A stretch of DNA of 55,164 nt from Candidatus Kerfeldbacteria bacterium (GCA_016182525.1 JACPGL010000028.1:1-55164); one strand, 5' to 3'. Shown: positions 9,040 to 19,024, numbered from the stretch's first letter. The notes: generated from the letters alone by a model not told the origin. Made by a program: numbers and translations.

Positions 9040-9085
9040 TGTCCAAAGCTAAGCTTTGGACATGGCAAAAGCTTAGCTTTGGACA
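9040..9085. repeat. 46-bp double-palindrome repeat, copy 2 (upstream flank of clpP, overlaps the stop of the DHH gene)
   Basis: TGTCCAAAGCTAAGCTTTGGACATGGCAAAAGCTTAGCTTTGGACA. Confidence 0.85.
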
Positions 9086-10044
9086 ACGTTGACGGTCCAC
9101 TTGTCTGGCTGCTCTTCAATGACGCCGGCAACCGTGAATCCTGCCGCCTTTTTGTGACCGCCGCCTCCAAACGCGCGGGCGATCTCGGCGACATCCACAT
9201 CATCATGCGTGGTACGTAAACTCCCTTTCACGAGCCCGCCGGCCTGCTCATTCAAAAACAGCACATACCGCACACCGGCAAGTGAATTCAAAAAGTTGGA
9301 GACACCGCTCGCATCTTCTTCTGTTGCCCCGGTTTCCTTAACATCTTTCTCGAAAATGGCTGTGGAAACGCCACCGGTTTCCGGATCAGTACGCAGCCGC
9401 TCGAACGCTCGTCCCCACAACTTCAACATGGGCAGCGTTTGGTTCGCAACCGTCTTTTCGATAATCTTCCGAAAGCGCGCGCCATATCCCAGCAGCTCCG
9501 ATGCAATGTTCATCGCTTGAATCGTTGTGCCTTGATTCGAAAAGTTGCCTGTGTCCGTCAAGATACCGGTCAATAAACAGGTGGCCATATCCGCGCTCCA
9601 CACGACGCGATGATAATCAAGAAATCGAAACACCACATCGGCCGTCGACGCCGCATGCGTATCCACAATGTTCACATCACCAAAAAACTCATTCGTGGAA
9701 TGATGGTCAATGTTCAAAATCTTGATTCGATCGCGCACTGGCAACACCTCATTTTCAATACCAAGATACCGCACATCGCCGCCGTCGAACGTGATCACGA
9801 GATCCGCTCCCTCAAACGCACGGCGATCCGTGGTAAATCGATCAGACCCGGGGAGAAAGCGGTAGCGCTTCGGAATCGGATCAACACAAAAACAGGAATG
9901 GTCTTTGTGACGATTCACGAGCCAATGGCTCATTGCGAGGGTTGAGCCAATGGTATCACCATCCGGCTTGGGATGAGACACAAGGATAATCCGCCTCGCT
10001 TCTTGAATCAATCGATCTGCCTGTTCAAAATCACGTGGTTCCAT
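9073..10044 (-). CDS. DHH/DHHA1 phosphoesterase, NrnA-like (nanoRNase/pAp phosphatase)
   Basis: SHPKPDGDTIGS, ITFDGGD, NIDHHSTNEFFG, C-terminal GGGHKKAAGF; start set at Met30 to avoid overlap with rbfA. Confidence 0.8.
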   Translation of the reverse strand: MEPRDFEQADRLIQEARRIILVSHPKPDGDTIGSTLAMSHWLVNRHKDHSCFCVDPIPKRYRFLPGSDRFTTDRRAFEGADLVITFDGGDVRYLGIENEVLPVRDRIKILNIDHHSTNEFFGDVNIVDTHAASTADVVFRFLDYHRVVWSADMATCLLTGILTDTGNFSNQGTTIQAMNIASELLGYGARFRKIIEKTVANQTLPMLKLWGRAFERLRTDPETGGVSTAIFEKDVKETGATEEDASGVSNFLNSLAGVRYVLFLNEQAGGLVKGSLRTTHDDVDVAEIARAFGGGGHKKAAGFTVAGVIEEQPDKWTVNVVQS

Positions 10045-10057
10045 AAAACAACCGAGC

Positions 10058-10396
10058 TTACAGGTCTTCCGAGAGGTTGTCAAGAAGAGCGTCGATGTGG
10101 CTGGCGTGCTTGGCGTGTTCGTCGATCGCAAGTGAAAGTTTTGGGGAAAATTTCATGGTGAGTTTTGGGACAAGCTCTTGTTGCAAATGTGGCAGTTGTT
10201 TGACAAGATACGAAAAGATCTCTTCCTCTCGATCTTGAGGGAGGATGGAAACATACACCTTTGCATGTTGCAGATCCCGCGAGGTTTCAACACGGGTCAC
10301 GGTCACGAGAGAATCATCCGGCAATTCAATCTCGCGTGGAAGAATCGCGGAAAATTCCGTACGAAGATGTTCGTTCACTTGATCAAGACGTTGCAT
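10058..10396 (-). CDS. rbfA: Ribosome-binding factor A
   Basis: 112-aa ORF, VTVTRVETSRDLQHAKVYVS; directly after infB with a 14-nt overlap (conserved synteny). Confidence 0.9.
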   Translation of the reverse strand: MQRLDQVNEHLRTEFSAILPREIELPDDSLVTVTRVETSRDLQHAKVYVSILPQDREEEIFSYLVKQLPHLQQELVPKLTMKFSPKLSLAIDEHAKHASHIDALLDNLSEDL

Positions 10397-12197
10397 TTCC
10401 TTGTTTCTCTAATTTGCGTGCGCGTTGTTCTTTCGTAAAGAACGTCAGTTCATCGCCAACAAGAATCGGCACCGCCGCTTTGACGCGCACACCGCATTCC
10501 AATCCTTCACGCACCTCTGGCACATCTTTCTTCTCTGCTTGAAGTTGCAAAACCGTGCCTTGACCCAGCGCTTCACCTTTTCGTTCAATGCGAATTTCGG
10601 CATTGCGCGCCACTTTGCCTTTCACGACCTTGCCTCCCACAATCTGCTCGGTTCCGCGTTGCTTAAAAAGTTGCAACACACGAAGCGCTCCAAGATCGAC
10701 TTCGATGATTTCAGGAGAAAGCAACGCTTCAAGATGCGCTTTGATCTCATCCAACAGCTCATAAATAATCGAAAACTCTTTGATCTTGACTGCGCGCTCC
10801 CGTGCAATCTCTTTTGCATCAGGTGTTGCTCTGACATTAAACGCGAGGAGCATGGCGCGGCCGGTATTGGCTTGATCCACATCTTTATCCGTGACATTGC
10901 CAAGTCCCTTCGAAAGAATACTCACGTGAACGCCTTCGTACGACATTTCAGCAATCGCCTCGGCAATCGCCTCTTGAGAGCTCACCGTATCCGTCTTTAA
11001 GACGATGTTCAGCTTTTTCACAAGAGATTTTTTATCCTCGTCCGTTTTCGTGGATGGCGGAGCGGCTTCTCGCGTGCGTCGGCGAGACGCGGCCATGGCA
11101 TGTTCGCGAATGGCCTTCTTGATCATTTGCCGATCCGAGGTGACGTGGAGAATATCCCCGACTTCCGGTGCCTCTTTCAATCCTAAAATTCGGACGGGCA
11201 TCGAAGGAACCGCTTCACGGACAGTTTCGCCGGTGTAGTCTTTGAGCGCTTTCACTTTTCCATAGACAGCGCCGACAGTCACCAGATCGCCCATGTGCAA
11301 CGTGCCGCTTTGGATAAGCACGGTTGCAACCGGACCCGCTCCTTTGTCGATATGCGCTTCGATGATGGTGCCAACCGCTTCGCGAGCCGGATTGGCTGTA
11401 ATCTCATCAGCGTGAAGATCAGCAACGAGCAAGACAAGATCCAACAGCTCATGAATCCCCGTGCCTTTTTTCGCCGACACTTCCGCAATCACGGTTTTGC
11501 CGCCCCAGTCTTCGGGTGTGAGTCCAATTTCCGTAAGCGACGTTTTGACGCGCTGAATATCCGCTCCTTCTTTATCAATCTTATTCAACGCCACAACAAA
11601 CGGCAGACCGGCGCGCTGAATAATTTCAAGCGCTTCTTTTGTTTGCGGTTTCAGACCGTCGTCGGCAGCAATCACGAGAATGGCAATATCAGCAACGTTT
11701 GCGCCTCGCGATCGCATGGCGCTGAACGCTTCGTGACCAGGAGTATCGATAAAGGTAATGGGCCGGTTATTCTCCAACACTTGATACGCGCCGATGGATT
11801 GGGTGATGCCGCCCGCTTCTCCGCCCGCGACATTGGTTTTTCGAATCGCGTCCAAGAGCGTGGTTTTGCCATGATCAACATGGCCCATGACGACGACGAC
11901 GGGAGCGCGAGCAACTGCTCCATTCGTTTGATCTTCTTTCAAAAGCTCTTCAAGTTTCTCAACATCAACCGCAACATTTTTTTGTTCCGCCTCTGCCGTA
12001 TCAGCTTTTTTCACTTCAACATCAAAATCACCGGCAATGATGGATGCGGTTTCAAAATCGATCCGTTCGTTGAGCGAGAGCATAATCCCATTCTGCATGA
12101 GATGAGCAATCACTTCCGGAATGGATCGGCCGAGCTTTTCGGCAAAATCCTTAATCACGATCGAGTCGCCGATCGAAATCACTTTTGGTTCTTCCAT
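10383..12197 (-). CDS. infB: Translation initiation factor IF-2 (short N-terminus)
   Basis: 604-aa ORF with G domain VVVVMGHVDHGKTTLLD, DTPGHEAF, NKIDK. Confidence 0.95.
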   Translation of the reverse strand: MEEPKVISIGDSIVIKDFAEKLGRSIPEVIAHLMQNGIMLSLNERIDFETASIIAGDFDVEVKKADTAEAEQKNVAVDVEKLEELLKEDQTNGAVARAPVVVVMGHVDHGKTTLLDAIRKTNVAGGEAGGITQSIGAYQVLENNRPITFIDTPGHEAFSAMRSRGANVADIAILVIAADDGLKPQTKEALEIIQRAGLPFVVALNKIDKEGADIQRVKTSLTEIGLTPEDWGGKTVIAEVSAKKGTGIHELLDLVLLVADLHADEITANPAREAVGTIIEAHIDKGAGPVATVLIQSGTLHMGDLVTVGAVYGKVKALKDYTGETVREAVPSMPVRILGLKEAPEVGDILHVTSDRQMIKKAIREHAMAASRRRTREAAPPSTKTDEDKKSLVKKLNIVLKTDTVSSQEAIAEAIAEMSYEGVHVSILSKGLGNVTDKDVDQANTGRAMLLAFNVRATPDAKEIARERAVKIKEFSIIYELLDEIKAHLEALLSPEIIEVDLGALRVLQLFKQRGTEQIVGGKVVKGKVARNAEIRIERKGEALGQGTVLQLQAEKKDVPEVREGLECGVRVKAAVPILVGDELTFFTKEQRARKLEKQGNATS

Positions 12198-12206
12198 ATC
12201 CCTCGT

Positions 12207-12235
12207 ATCCTACGCTGAATCCGCGGAAAAGTCAA
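12207..12235 (-). promoter_or_regulatory. infB promoter candidate TTGACT-17-TAGGAT, 9 nt from the ATG
   Basis: Minus strand gagTTGACTtttccgcggattcagcgTAGGATacgagggatATG. Confidence 0.5.
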
Positions 12236-12284
12236 CTCGCCATGCGAGTTGTCCTGAGCTGCCGAGAGGCAGCGAAGGACCTAG

Positions 12285-13037
12285 CTAAAACATTCGCTTT
12301 TTCCCGACGATGAGCTTCAGTTTATGAGGGACGACATTCACCATAGCAGGAGTTGAGATCTGAGTTTCTCCGTCAGCAAGAAGCGTCACGGCCTTTTCCC
12401 GAGAGGAGATTCTCATCTCTTTGACCGAGAAGACGCTATCAAGCTTGTGTGTTGCATGGAGCCGTTTTCGTTTTGCCGTATGAAACATGGCTTCTAATTT
12501 TCCGTCATGCGGATTATGCATCGACCCTACGCGCCCGCGAAACACTTCTCCGAAATTGCAGATCTGAATGGTCTCATTCAATCGCCGCGGATGAATGCGG
12601 AACGTGCGGTTGCACTCAATCGTCACCTGCTCCGCTTTCGGCACTTCAAGCACAGAAAAAAAGTAGTGATCGTTCACTTTTCCAAGATCCACGCGCTCGA
12701 TAATGCGCTGCGAAAGCACGTCGCATGCTTTGTCTTCAGCCGGGATGCCAAGCACGTTCGCAAGGTGATTAGCGCCGACGGGAATATACCCCAGTGTGAC
12801 AGGCAGCGACGCGACCACGTTAAAGACTTTGCGGAATGTACTGTCATTGCCGACTGCCACAACGGTTCGCGCTCCTTCTTTCACTCCATCGAGAAGAATC
12901 TCTTTCAAATTTTTCAAAATCGAAAGTTTCTCGACACGTCCGTTAATGCCGAGATCAATCAGCCGCGTTTCAATACGCGTCAACACACCGTCGTACTTCG
13001 GTGTGTTGAGATACGTGTCATAGAGATAGAGATACAT
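12285..13037 (-). CDS. Diacylglycerol/lipid kinase-family protein (DAGK_cat, YegS-like), variant nucleotide motif
   Basis: 250-aa ORF; TVVAVGNDSTF in place of the canonical GGDGT; GYIPVGANHLA; SD GGAGG upstream. Confidence 0.55.
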   Translation of the reverse strand: MYLYLYDTYLNTPKYDGVLTRIETRLIDLGINGRVEKLSILKNLKEILLDGVKEGARTVVAVGNDSTFRKVFNVVASLPVTLGYIPVGANHLANVLGIPAEDKACDVLSQRIIERVDLGKVNDHYFFSVLEVPKAEQVTIECNRTFRIHPRRLNETIQICNFGEVFRGRVGSMHNPHDGKLEAMFHTAKRKRLHATHKLDSVFSVKEMRISSREKAVTLLADGETQISTPAMVNVVPHKLKLIVGKKRMF

Positions 13038-13063
13038 GTCCGCCTCCGTTCCGCGTGAGTCAG

Positions 13064-13555
13064 TTACTTCTTCGACTTTTTGTCTTTTCCGTCGGCAACG
13101 CGCTCCATCTCGCCTGTTGCTTTTGTCGACTCAATCTTTTCTCCGCACTCACATCGTCCGTGAATAATGGCGCCGGAATCGATCGAAATTTCTCCAGCGC
13201 GAATATCGCCTTTAATGCGCGCGGTGCTTGTGAGTTCAATTTTATCTTTGATGGTGAGTTGCCCTTCGACGTGGCCGGAGACGAGCGCAGTTTGCGCTTG
13301 GATATCGGCTTGAATCACGGCGTTCTCTCCGACACGAAGATTTCGTGTTGTTTTTAATGTTCCGGTGACTGAACCTTCGACAATCACATCTCCTTGCCCA
13401 ACAAAGTTCCCTTCGACGTGCACCGAAGGACCAATAATCGTTTCGACTTCCGCCACGGACGGGCCATGATCCTCGTCTCGCTGTTCATCTCCTTTTTGAA
13501 AGAGTGTTGCCATGCGTTTCTCTCGTGAATAATCATCACCTGTATCTTGGCACAT
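13064..13555 (-). CDS. Bactofilin-family cytoskeletal protein
   Basis: Repetitive beta-helix segment IIGPSVHVEGNFVGQGDVIVEGSVTGTLKT...IKGDIRAGEISIDSGAIIHG; start may be Met15 (13513). Confidence 0.8.
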   Translation of the reverse strand: MCQDTGDDYSREKRMATLFQKGDEQRDEDHGPSVAEVETIIGPSVHVEGNFVGQGDVIVEGSVTGTLKTTRNLRVGENAVIQADIQAQTALVSGHVEGQLTIKDKIELTSTARIKGDIRAGEISIDSGAIIHGRCECGEKIESTKATGEMERVADGKDKKSKK

Positions 13556-13623
13556 TCCCGGCGAGAAATCAAGACCGGCGTGAACACCTATTGTGCTCAG
13601 GCGTATGGTGAATAAACGGCTAT

Positions 13624-13796
13624 GTCATCCTGAATCCCGACGTGTCGGGATGAAGGATCTCGAATGTTCTGCGTGAATTTCGGCGTGAATACAGCATTGA
13701 GATCCTTCACTTCCCCTTCACTTCGTTCAGGGCTCGGCTCCCGCCTCGGTTCAGGACGACCCTGCGGGTCGGAGTCTTCGCTTCGCTCAGAATGAC
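13624..13796. repeat. 173-bp composite palindromic element (family-2 units) abutting the stop codon of the giant gene
   Basis: Ends GTCATCCTGA... and ...TCAGAATGAC are inverted; internal units GTCATCCTGAATCCCGACGTGTCGGGATGAAGGATC (13624-13659) and reverse-orientation copies. Confidence 0.7.
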
Positions 13797-13797
13797 A

Positions 13798-16700
13798 TTA
13801 CACTCTCACCTTCTGAGGCATGTCCCCTGGGGGTTGACGTATGTCGCGACGAAGGATGAGCAAAGCCACAAGGACGGTCAGAATGATAATCACACCCACG
13901 AGAACGACATACACAATGATGTTCACCGTTGTCAGTTCCTTCTCCACAACGATCTTGGCAATTTCAATCTGCTCGCTTGTGCGCCCTTCCTGATCGGAAA
14001 CTTCTGCAAATACGCGATGCTCTCCTGTGTCCAAAAGTTCAGTCGCGACGTGCACTTCCCATTTCCCGTTCTCATCGGCCTGCGTGGTAAAAACAAGCGG
14101 CTCACTAAAAATCGTAATTCGCACAAACGAAAGCGGCTGAGCAAACCCGGAAAGGATCAGTGTGTCTTCTTGGGTGCGAAGCTCAATCTTTGATTTGTTC
14201 GCCACGACGGTTTTCTCCTCAGGCGACCCAACCGTGACAAGCTTGAAGTCCTTCAGGAGTCCATCTGAAACCTCCTCCGGAGTTTTTGGTTCAATCGTGA
14301 TAATCACTTGATCCGAGGTGGTCACTTTGCCTTCGCCCGGCGTTGGCTGTTCAATAGGCGCTTCGGGAGGTGGGCCAACATATCCGAAATTCGCCGATTG
14401 GAAACTTTCGCTTTGATCAAGGATAATACGATGAATCGAAGGGTCAGAGGTTAAACGATTCCCTGCAGGAAGTGACGATTCCAACACGTGGACAAAGAGG
14501 ATACCTCTCCCGACTCCTTGAAACGTATAGGTTCCATTTGTCGAGGTGGTGGCAGAGGCAACAAGAGTATCCTGATCTGGCTCCAGACCGCTATTTGCGT
14601 TTGCATCGCGATACAGGCGTACGGTCACGCCATTCATCCCCGCTTCATTCGTATCCTGCGCTCCATTTTCATTTGCATCAGCCCACACGCGGCCGGAAAT
14701 CGATCCGCTGACAACGCGATTCTCCGTGGTGTTCGTGTGAATTCCGCTCTGATTCTCGGACCAGGCAATCAATGCATCGTTTGTGAGTGTTGCGGAAACG
14801 AGCGGTTCATCAACACGCGTCGTATACGTCATCTCTACACTTTCTCCAGCATCCACAAGACCCAACGAGAATCGCAGCGTGTTTCCTTCGCGCGTCAACA
14901 GATCTCCATCATTCGCATCGGTCACCGATGTGTTGCCAACAGTGATCGATCCTGCAACAAGCGACGTATGATCCGGAAACGTATCCCACACCACCGTGTT
15001 GGTCGCTGCAGCCGGCCCCTTGTTTTCAAACGCAACCCGATAGGTCAAGGTGTCATGCGGAGAAACGGCGACTCCATCATCGAGAAACGGCGACTCACCA
15101 ATCACGCGATGCGCTTGCGTAATCAAGAAAACCGAAATCAACACGACAACACAAATCTTTGCGGCAACAATGGTAATGGCAAGCCCGGCCGTTGCCCGTG
15201 AGAAGCGATGGTGATCGCGGTAGGTCGAGAATGAATACACCCATCGGCCATCGGCGTCACGCGGAGCGACAGCATCAAAGGAATCTGCAGCGGGTTTGGC
15301 AAGGAACAGCCAGACATGTCGCATCTCGTGCGCCACTCCATGAGCGAATTCCGACAGACGAGACACGCGGAATGGCTTGCGCTGCCGAAGCGCGCCAACC
15401 GCATACCCAAGAGTCAAAAGCAGCAGCGTCAAAATCGCATAGTTCACAATGGGATGATTCACCGTCTCAAGCACCTGCACAATCCACAGATGATCTTTGA
15501 CAATAAATACCCGGCCAAACACACTTGGAAACGCCGTATCCGTCACCAGCTCCTCTTCTTTTGCACTGGCAAATCGAACAAACCACGTGAGCCATGACGG
15601 AAGCGCATCACCATTCAAAAAACTCGATCGTGCAGACGTATTCACTCCAACGGTCTTCACGGCAACAATATCCGTGTTCAGGCTTGTATTAATAGAGAAC
15701 GTGATCGGAGTTGAAAAATCAGAAGAAGCCCCACGAGCATCAACCGTTTTGACGGCATAGGTCCAACTGGTCTGATTCGCAAGCGCGCTCGAAGGCTCAA
15801 CCGATGTTTCTCCAGCGCGGCTCGTGATTTCCTGGTCAAACGAATTCTGGATTTCTCCGTCATCGTCAAAGCGCACAACATACTGAAGGGTTGATGGTGT
15901 ATCACTTGGATCAGCATCGGACGCAGCGTCCCACGAAATAGTGGGCGTTTGCGACGCAAGCCGCATATCTGCCGATGGCACAAATCCTGCCGTTGGAGCA
16001 GACGGCGCTTCGTTTTCAAGATCAACGACAAGCGAATCGTAGGCAATCTCACCCACATTGCCGACGGCATCCTTTGCAAAATAGGCCGCATAATAGTTAC
16101 CGTCGTCGCGGGTTGTGATCTCCATGGAGGAACGGGCGGCGGTTGGCGTGCTTGTCTTGGTCGTAACAATATCAAGATACGTTGCAGCAACGCCGCTTGC
16201 GTTATCTGTTGCGCCAGAAACAGTGATCGTCTGATCCTCAAGATCCGTGACAGGATCCTCTGGTGTGTCGGATGTGTATCCGGTTGGATCGGTGTCATCG
16301 AGAACATACGAAAACGTGTAGGACTGGGTATTCTGCACATTGTCCGCAATCGTTACACGAATCGGCGAATCACTTCCGGTGCTTGATGCGTTCACGGTAT
16401 ACGTGCCGGAAACACTCGGAAGCGATGTGTCGTCAGAAGGAGATGTGGCAAGACTCGGCTCACTACTGAATGTGACCCCGAGCGCGCCCGACCCCGTATC
16501 TGACGCCGTGCCACTGAGCACCATGTTCACCGACGATGGCATGAGATGGGAGAAATAGAACGTCGTGTTCGAAGAATTGTACTGCGCATACGGCGAGTCT
16601 TCGGTCACGTCACGGCTCCCAATCTCGGGCTTGGCATTATCCCATCCCACATCTTGATCATTTTGCGCATTTAGATTCACCGTCGTGCCGTAGACATTCA

Positions 16701-18969
16701 CTGCTCCTGTCGCAACACTTGCAATGGTGAGATTGTCATACGTTGCAACCGACCCTGTTGCAGGATTTTGTTCAATCGAAAGCGTGGCTACACCACTTTG
16801 AAACGCGCCGCTTGTTCCAAAAAAGTCGGTGTCGCTCTCAGTGCCAATAACTGCTGTTTCACCAGAAAGCGCCGTGCCAGCATTTTCAAGACGCGCTGTC
16901 ACCGAAACCGTCATCGCATCGCCGCTCCCGCTATTGTCATCCCAATACCGGAGGCTCGAATCTTGATACACATGATTTGAAATCGCGATATCGGTGATCT
17001 GCACGCGATCAACCGTCACCGTGGTATTTGTCGAATCGAATGTCTGTGTTGAGCCGCCAAGAAGGGTGACGTTTGGACTATACGTAAATGCTCCAAGAGT
17101 CGATGGCGTCGAGACGGTGATGGTTCCGTCGTTGCCTGTTCCGGCCGTGACCGTTTCGTCCACGTCATCTGACGGGAGCGGATTGCCTGTTGGATCCCGC
17201 AACGCTTGAACGCTTGTTACTTCGCTATCCGGCGGCTGCAGACTCGACCCTGCATAGGTGATGTCATAGGTGATCGCGCCCGTGCTGATGTCTGGATTGA
17301 GTGTCGAGTCCGTGAATTGCCATACATCGAGGCCATTCCCTGAACTCGTGTTCACGGCCAGAGTTTTTTTGGTATCAAAATACGAGCTCGCGAGCGTGGT
17401 GTAGCCGGCCGTCGCACTCGCGGCATCGGTCACCTGCGCCTGGAGGCTGATATCATCTTGTTCAATGCCGCTCCATCCAAACGTCACGTTCCAGTTCACG
17501 GTCAGTTGATTCCCGCTCGTGGACGTACTGCCGCTACTGACGGTGAATGCTGTTGATCCACTCTCGCGACTGAACGAATTCGTGGAAGCGGTGTAGAGAA
17601 AGACCGTCGCGATTGATTGTGGGGGATCCGTTTGCGTCGTCTGCGTAAACCGCAAGCGGACGGTTGAGATGTTGCTTGTCCCATTCCCATCTGCAACAAC
17701 CGCGCGGAACGTGTACGTCCGCAATCCCGCGTACACGTTATCGGTATCATCAGGATTTGTGATCGAGGCGGAAACAAGCGTTGGAGCGATGTTCGTATTC
17801 GCAAGCCAAGAGATGCCTGTGCTGTGCGCGCCGATCGCATCAAAATCGCCATCTTCATCAAGATCGTCCATCTGCGCGCCGCTTGGCGTTGTTGGAGTTG
17901 CGATGGCATTCATGCCCCAATCATCATTCGTGGTGACCGACCCATCGTTTTCAAACCAGTCAATCCGATTCCCGGATTGCGATGACGCAATAAGATCCGT
18001 GTCTCCATCGCCATCAAAGTCACCTGCGTCAACGCCAACAGGAGCGGCGTATGAGCTCGCTGCCGTGTAGCCGGTCCAGTTTTCTGCAGAGATCGTTCCG
18101 TTATTTCGGTACCACTTCACTTGGTTGTCGGAGGTGTTGGCGGCCACGATATCGGTTCTGCCATCGCTATCCACATCGGCAACAATGATCTCGCTGACCC
18201 CATCGGCTGATGCGTCAAGCGTGTGGAGGGTGAATGTCGGATCAGCTGCGCCGTTGCTTGCATACACGTTGATCGCGTTGCCCACATTCGCGCCCGCAAT
18301 CACATCGCGGTCGCCGTCGCCGTCAAGATCCGACGCGAGAACATACGCAGCTCCGTCGATATTCGCGTCAATCGTATTCGTCGTCCACCCGCCGTTCCCC
18401 GGCGTGCCATCACTCTCATACCACACGAGATCATCGGCAATGGCTGCTGTCGCGAGCACATCGAGGTCGCCGTCGCCGTCAAGATCCGCGACATCCACTC
18501 CGTACGCACCATTGAACGAACTGCCGATGGTGTTTTTCGTCCAGCCGCCATCTTCGGGCGTGCCATCATTTTGCCACCACTCAATCGCATCCTCGGTAAA
18601 TCCTGCGCCGATAATATCTTGATCGCCATCCGCGTCAAGATCAGCAACGTCAACGATCCGAATATCATACGACGCCTGAACCGATCGCTCGGTAAACGAT
18701 TCGGATCCATTATTTTGAAACCACGAAATCTCATTATCGTCATCCGAACCTGAAGCAATATCTTTGCCTGTGCCGCCGTTCAGATCAACGACGATAAATT
18801 GCTTATTCCCTGCGAAACTCGTGGCGATATTTGCCGATGAGCTAAAGGTGATTGTAGCGCTCTGGACCATTCGAGGATCAAGAATCAACGCAAACGCAAG
18901 AAGTATGACAATTCCTGATACAAAAAATGAGCCCACTCCTTTACGATGAATTTTCCTGTGTCCTGTCAC
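13798..18969 (-). CDS. Giant (1723-aa) membrane-anchored surface protein: FG-GAP/VCBS beta-propeller, Ig-like repeats, DUF11-like and SdrD-B/Cna-B-like domains
   Basis: GTG start; N-terminal anchor GSFFVSGIVILLAFALIL; seven DxDxDGxxD...W(Y/F)xNxG repeats; DUF11-like LTYRVAFENKGPAAATN; B-type repeat GRVWADANENGAQD...NGTYTF; C-terminal TM VVLVGVIIILTVLVALLIL. Confidence 0.85.
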   Translation of the reverse strand: MTGHRKIHRKGVGSFFVSGIVILLAFALILDPRMVQSATITFSSSANIATSFAGNKQFIVVDLNGGTGKDIASGSDDDNEISWFQNNGSESFTERSVQASYDIRIVDVADLDADGDQDIIGAGFTEDAIEWWQNDGTPEDGGWTKNTIGSSFNGAYGVDVADLDGDGDLDVLATAAIADDLVWYESDGTPGNGGWTTNTIDANIDGAAYVLASDLDGDGDRDVIAGANVGNAINVYASNGAADPTFTLHTLDASADGVSEIIVADVDSDGRTDIVAANTSDNQVKWYRNNGTISAENWTGYTAASSYAAPVGVDAGDFDGDGDTDLIASSQSGNRIDWFENDGSVTTNDDWGMNAIATPTTPSGAQMDDLDEDGDFDAIGAHSTGISWLANTNIAPTLVSASITNPDDTDNVYAGLRTYTFRAVVADGNGTSNISTVRLRFTQTTQTDPPQSIATVFLYTASTNSFSRESGSTAFTVSSGSTSTSGNQLTVNWNVTFGWSGIEQDDISLQAQVTDAASATAGYTTLASSYFDTKKTLAVNTSSGNGLDVWQFTDSTLNPDISTGAITYDITYAGSSLQPPDSEVTSVQALRDPTGNPLPSDDVDETVTAGTGNDGTITVSTPSTLGAFTYSPNVTLLGGSTQTFDSTNTTVTVDRVQITDIAISNHVYQDSSLRYWDDNSGSGDAMTVSVTARLENAGTALSGETAVIGTESDTDFFGTSGAFQSGVATLSIEQNPATGSVATYDNLTIASVATGAVNVYGTTVNLNAQNDQDVGWDNAKPEIGSRDVTEDSPYAQYNSSNTTFYFSHLMPSSVNMVLSGTASDTGSGALGVTFSSEPSLATSPSDDTSLPSVSGTYTVNASSTGSDSPIRVTIADNVQNTQSYTFSYVLDDTDPTGYTSDTPEDPVTDLEDQTITVSGATDNASGVAATYLDIVTTKTSTPTAARSSMEITTRDDGNYYAAYFAKDAVGNVGEIAYDSLVVDLENEAPSAPTAGFVPSADMRLASQTPTISWDAASDADPSDTPSTLQYVVRFDDDGEIQNSFDQEITSRAGETSVEPSSALANQTSWTYAVKTVDARGASSDFSTPITFSINTSLNTDIVAVKTVGVNTSARSSFLNGDALPSWLTWFVRFASAKEEELVTDTAFPSVFGRVFIVKDHLWIVQVLETVNHPIVNYAILTLLLLTLGYAVGALRQRKPFRVSRLSEFAHGVAHEMRHVWLFLAKPAADSFDAVAPRDADGRWVYSFSTYRDHHRFSRATAGLAITIVAAKICVVVLISVFLITQAHRVIGESPFLDDGVAVSPHDTLTYRVAFENKGPAAATNTVVWDTFPDHTSLVAGSITVGNTSVTDANDGDLLTREGNTLRFSLGLVDAGESVEMTYTTRVDEPLVSATLTNDALIAWSENQSGIHTNTTENRVVSGSISGRVWADANENGAQDTNEAGMNGVTVRLYRDANANSGLEPDQDTLVASATTSTNGTYTFQGVGRGILFVHVLESSLPAGNRLTSDPSIHRIILDQSESFQSANFGYVGPPPEAPIEQPTPGEGKVTTSDQVIITIEPKTPEEVSDGLLKDFKLVTVGSPEEKTVVANKSKIELRTQEDTLILSGFAQPLSFVRITIFSEPLVFTTQADENGKWEVHVATELLDTGEHRVFAEVSDQEGRTSEQIEIAKIVVEKELTTVNIIVYVVLVGVIIILTVLVALLILRRDIRQPPGDMPQKVRV

Positions 18970-18995
18970 AAGATGGTGTGTTACGATATGAACAC

Positions 18996-19024
18996 ATTAT
19001 AGCATATTTTTCATCATAAATCAA
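18996..19024 (-). promoter_or_regulatory. Promoter of the giant surface-protein gene, TTGATT-17-TATAAT
   Basis: Minus strand gcgaTTGATTtatgatgaaaaatatgcTATAATgtg, 26 nt before the GTG start. Confidence 0.6.
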
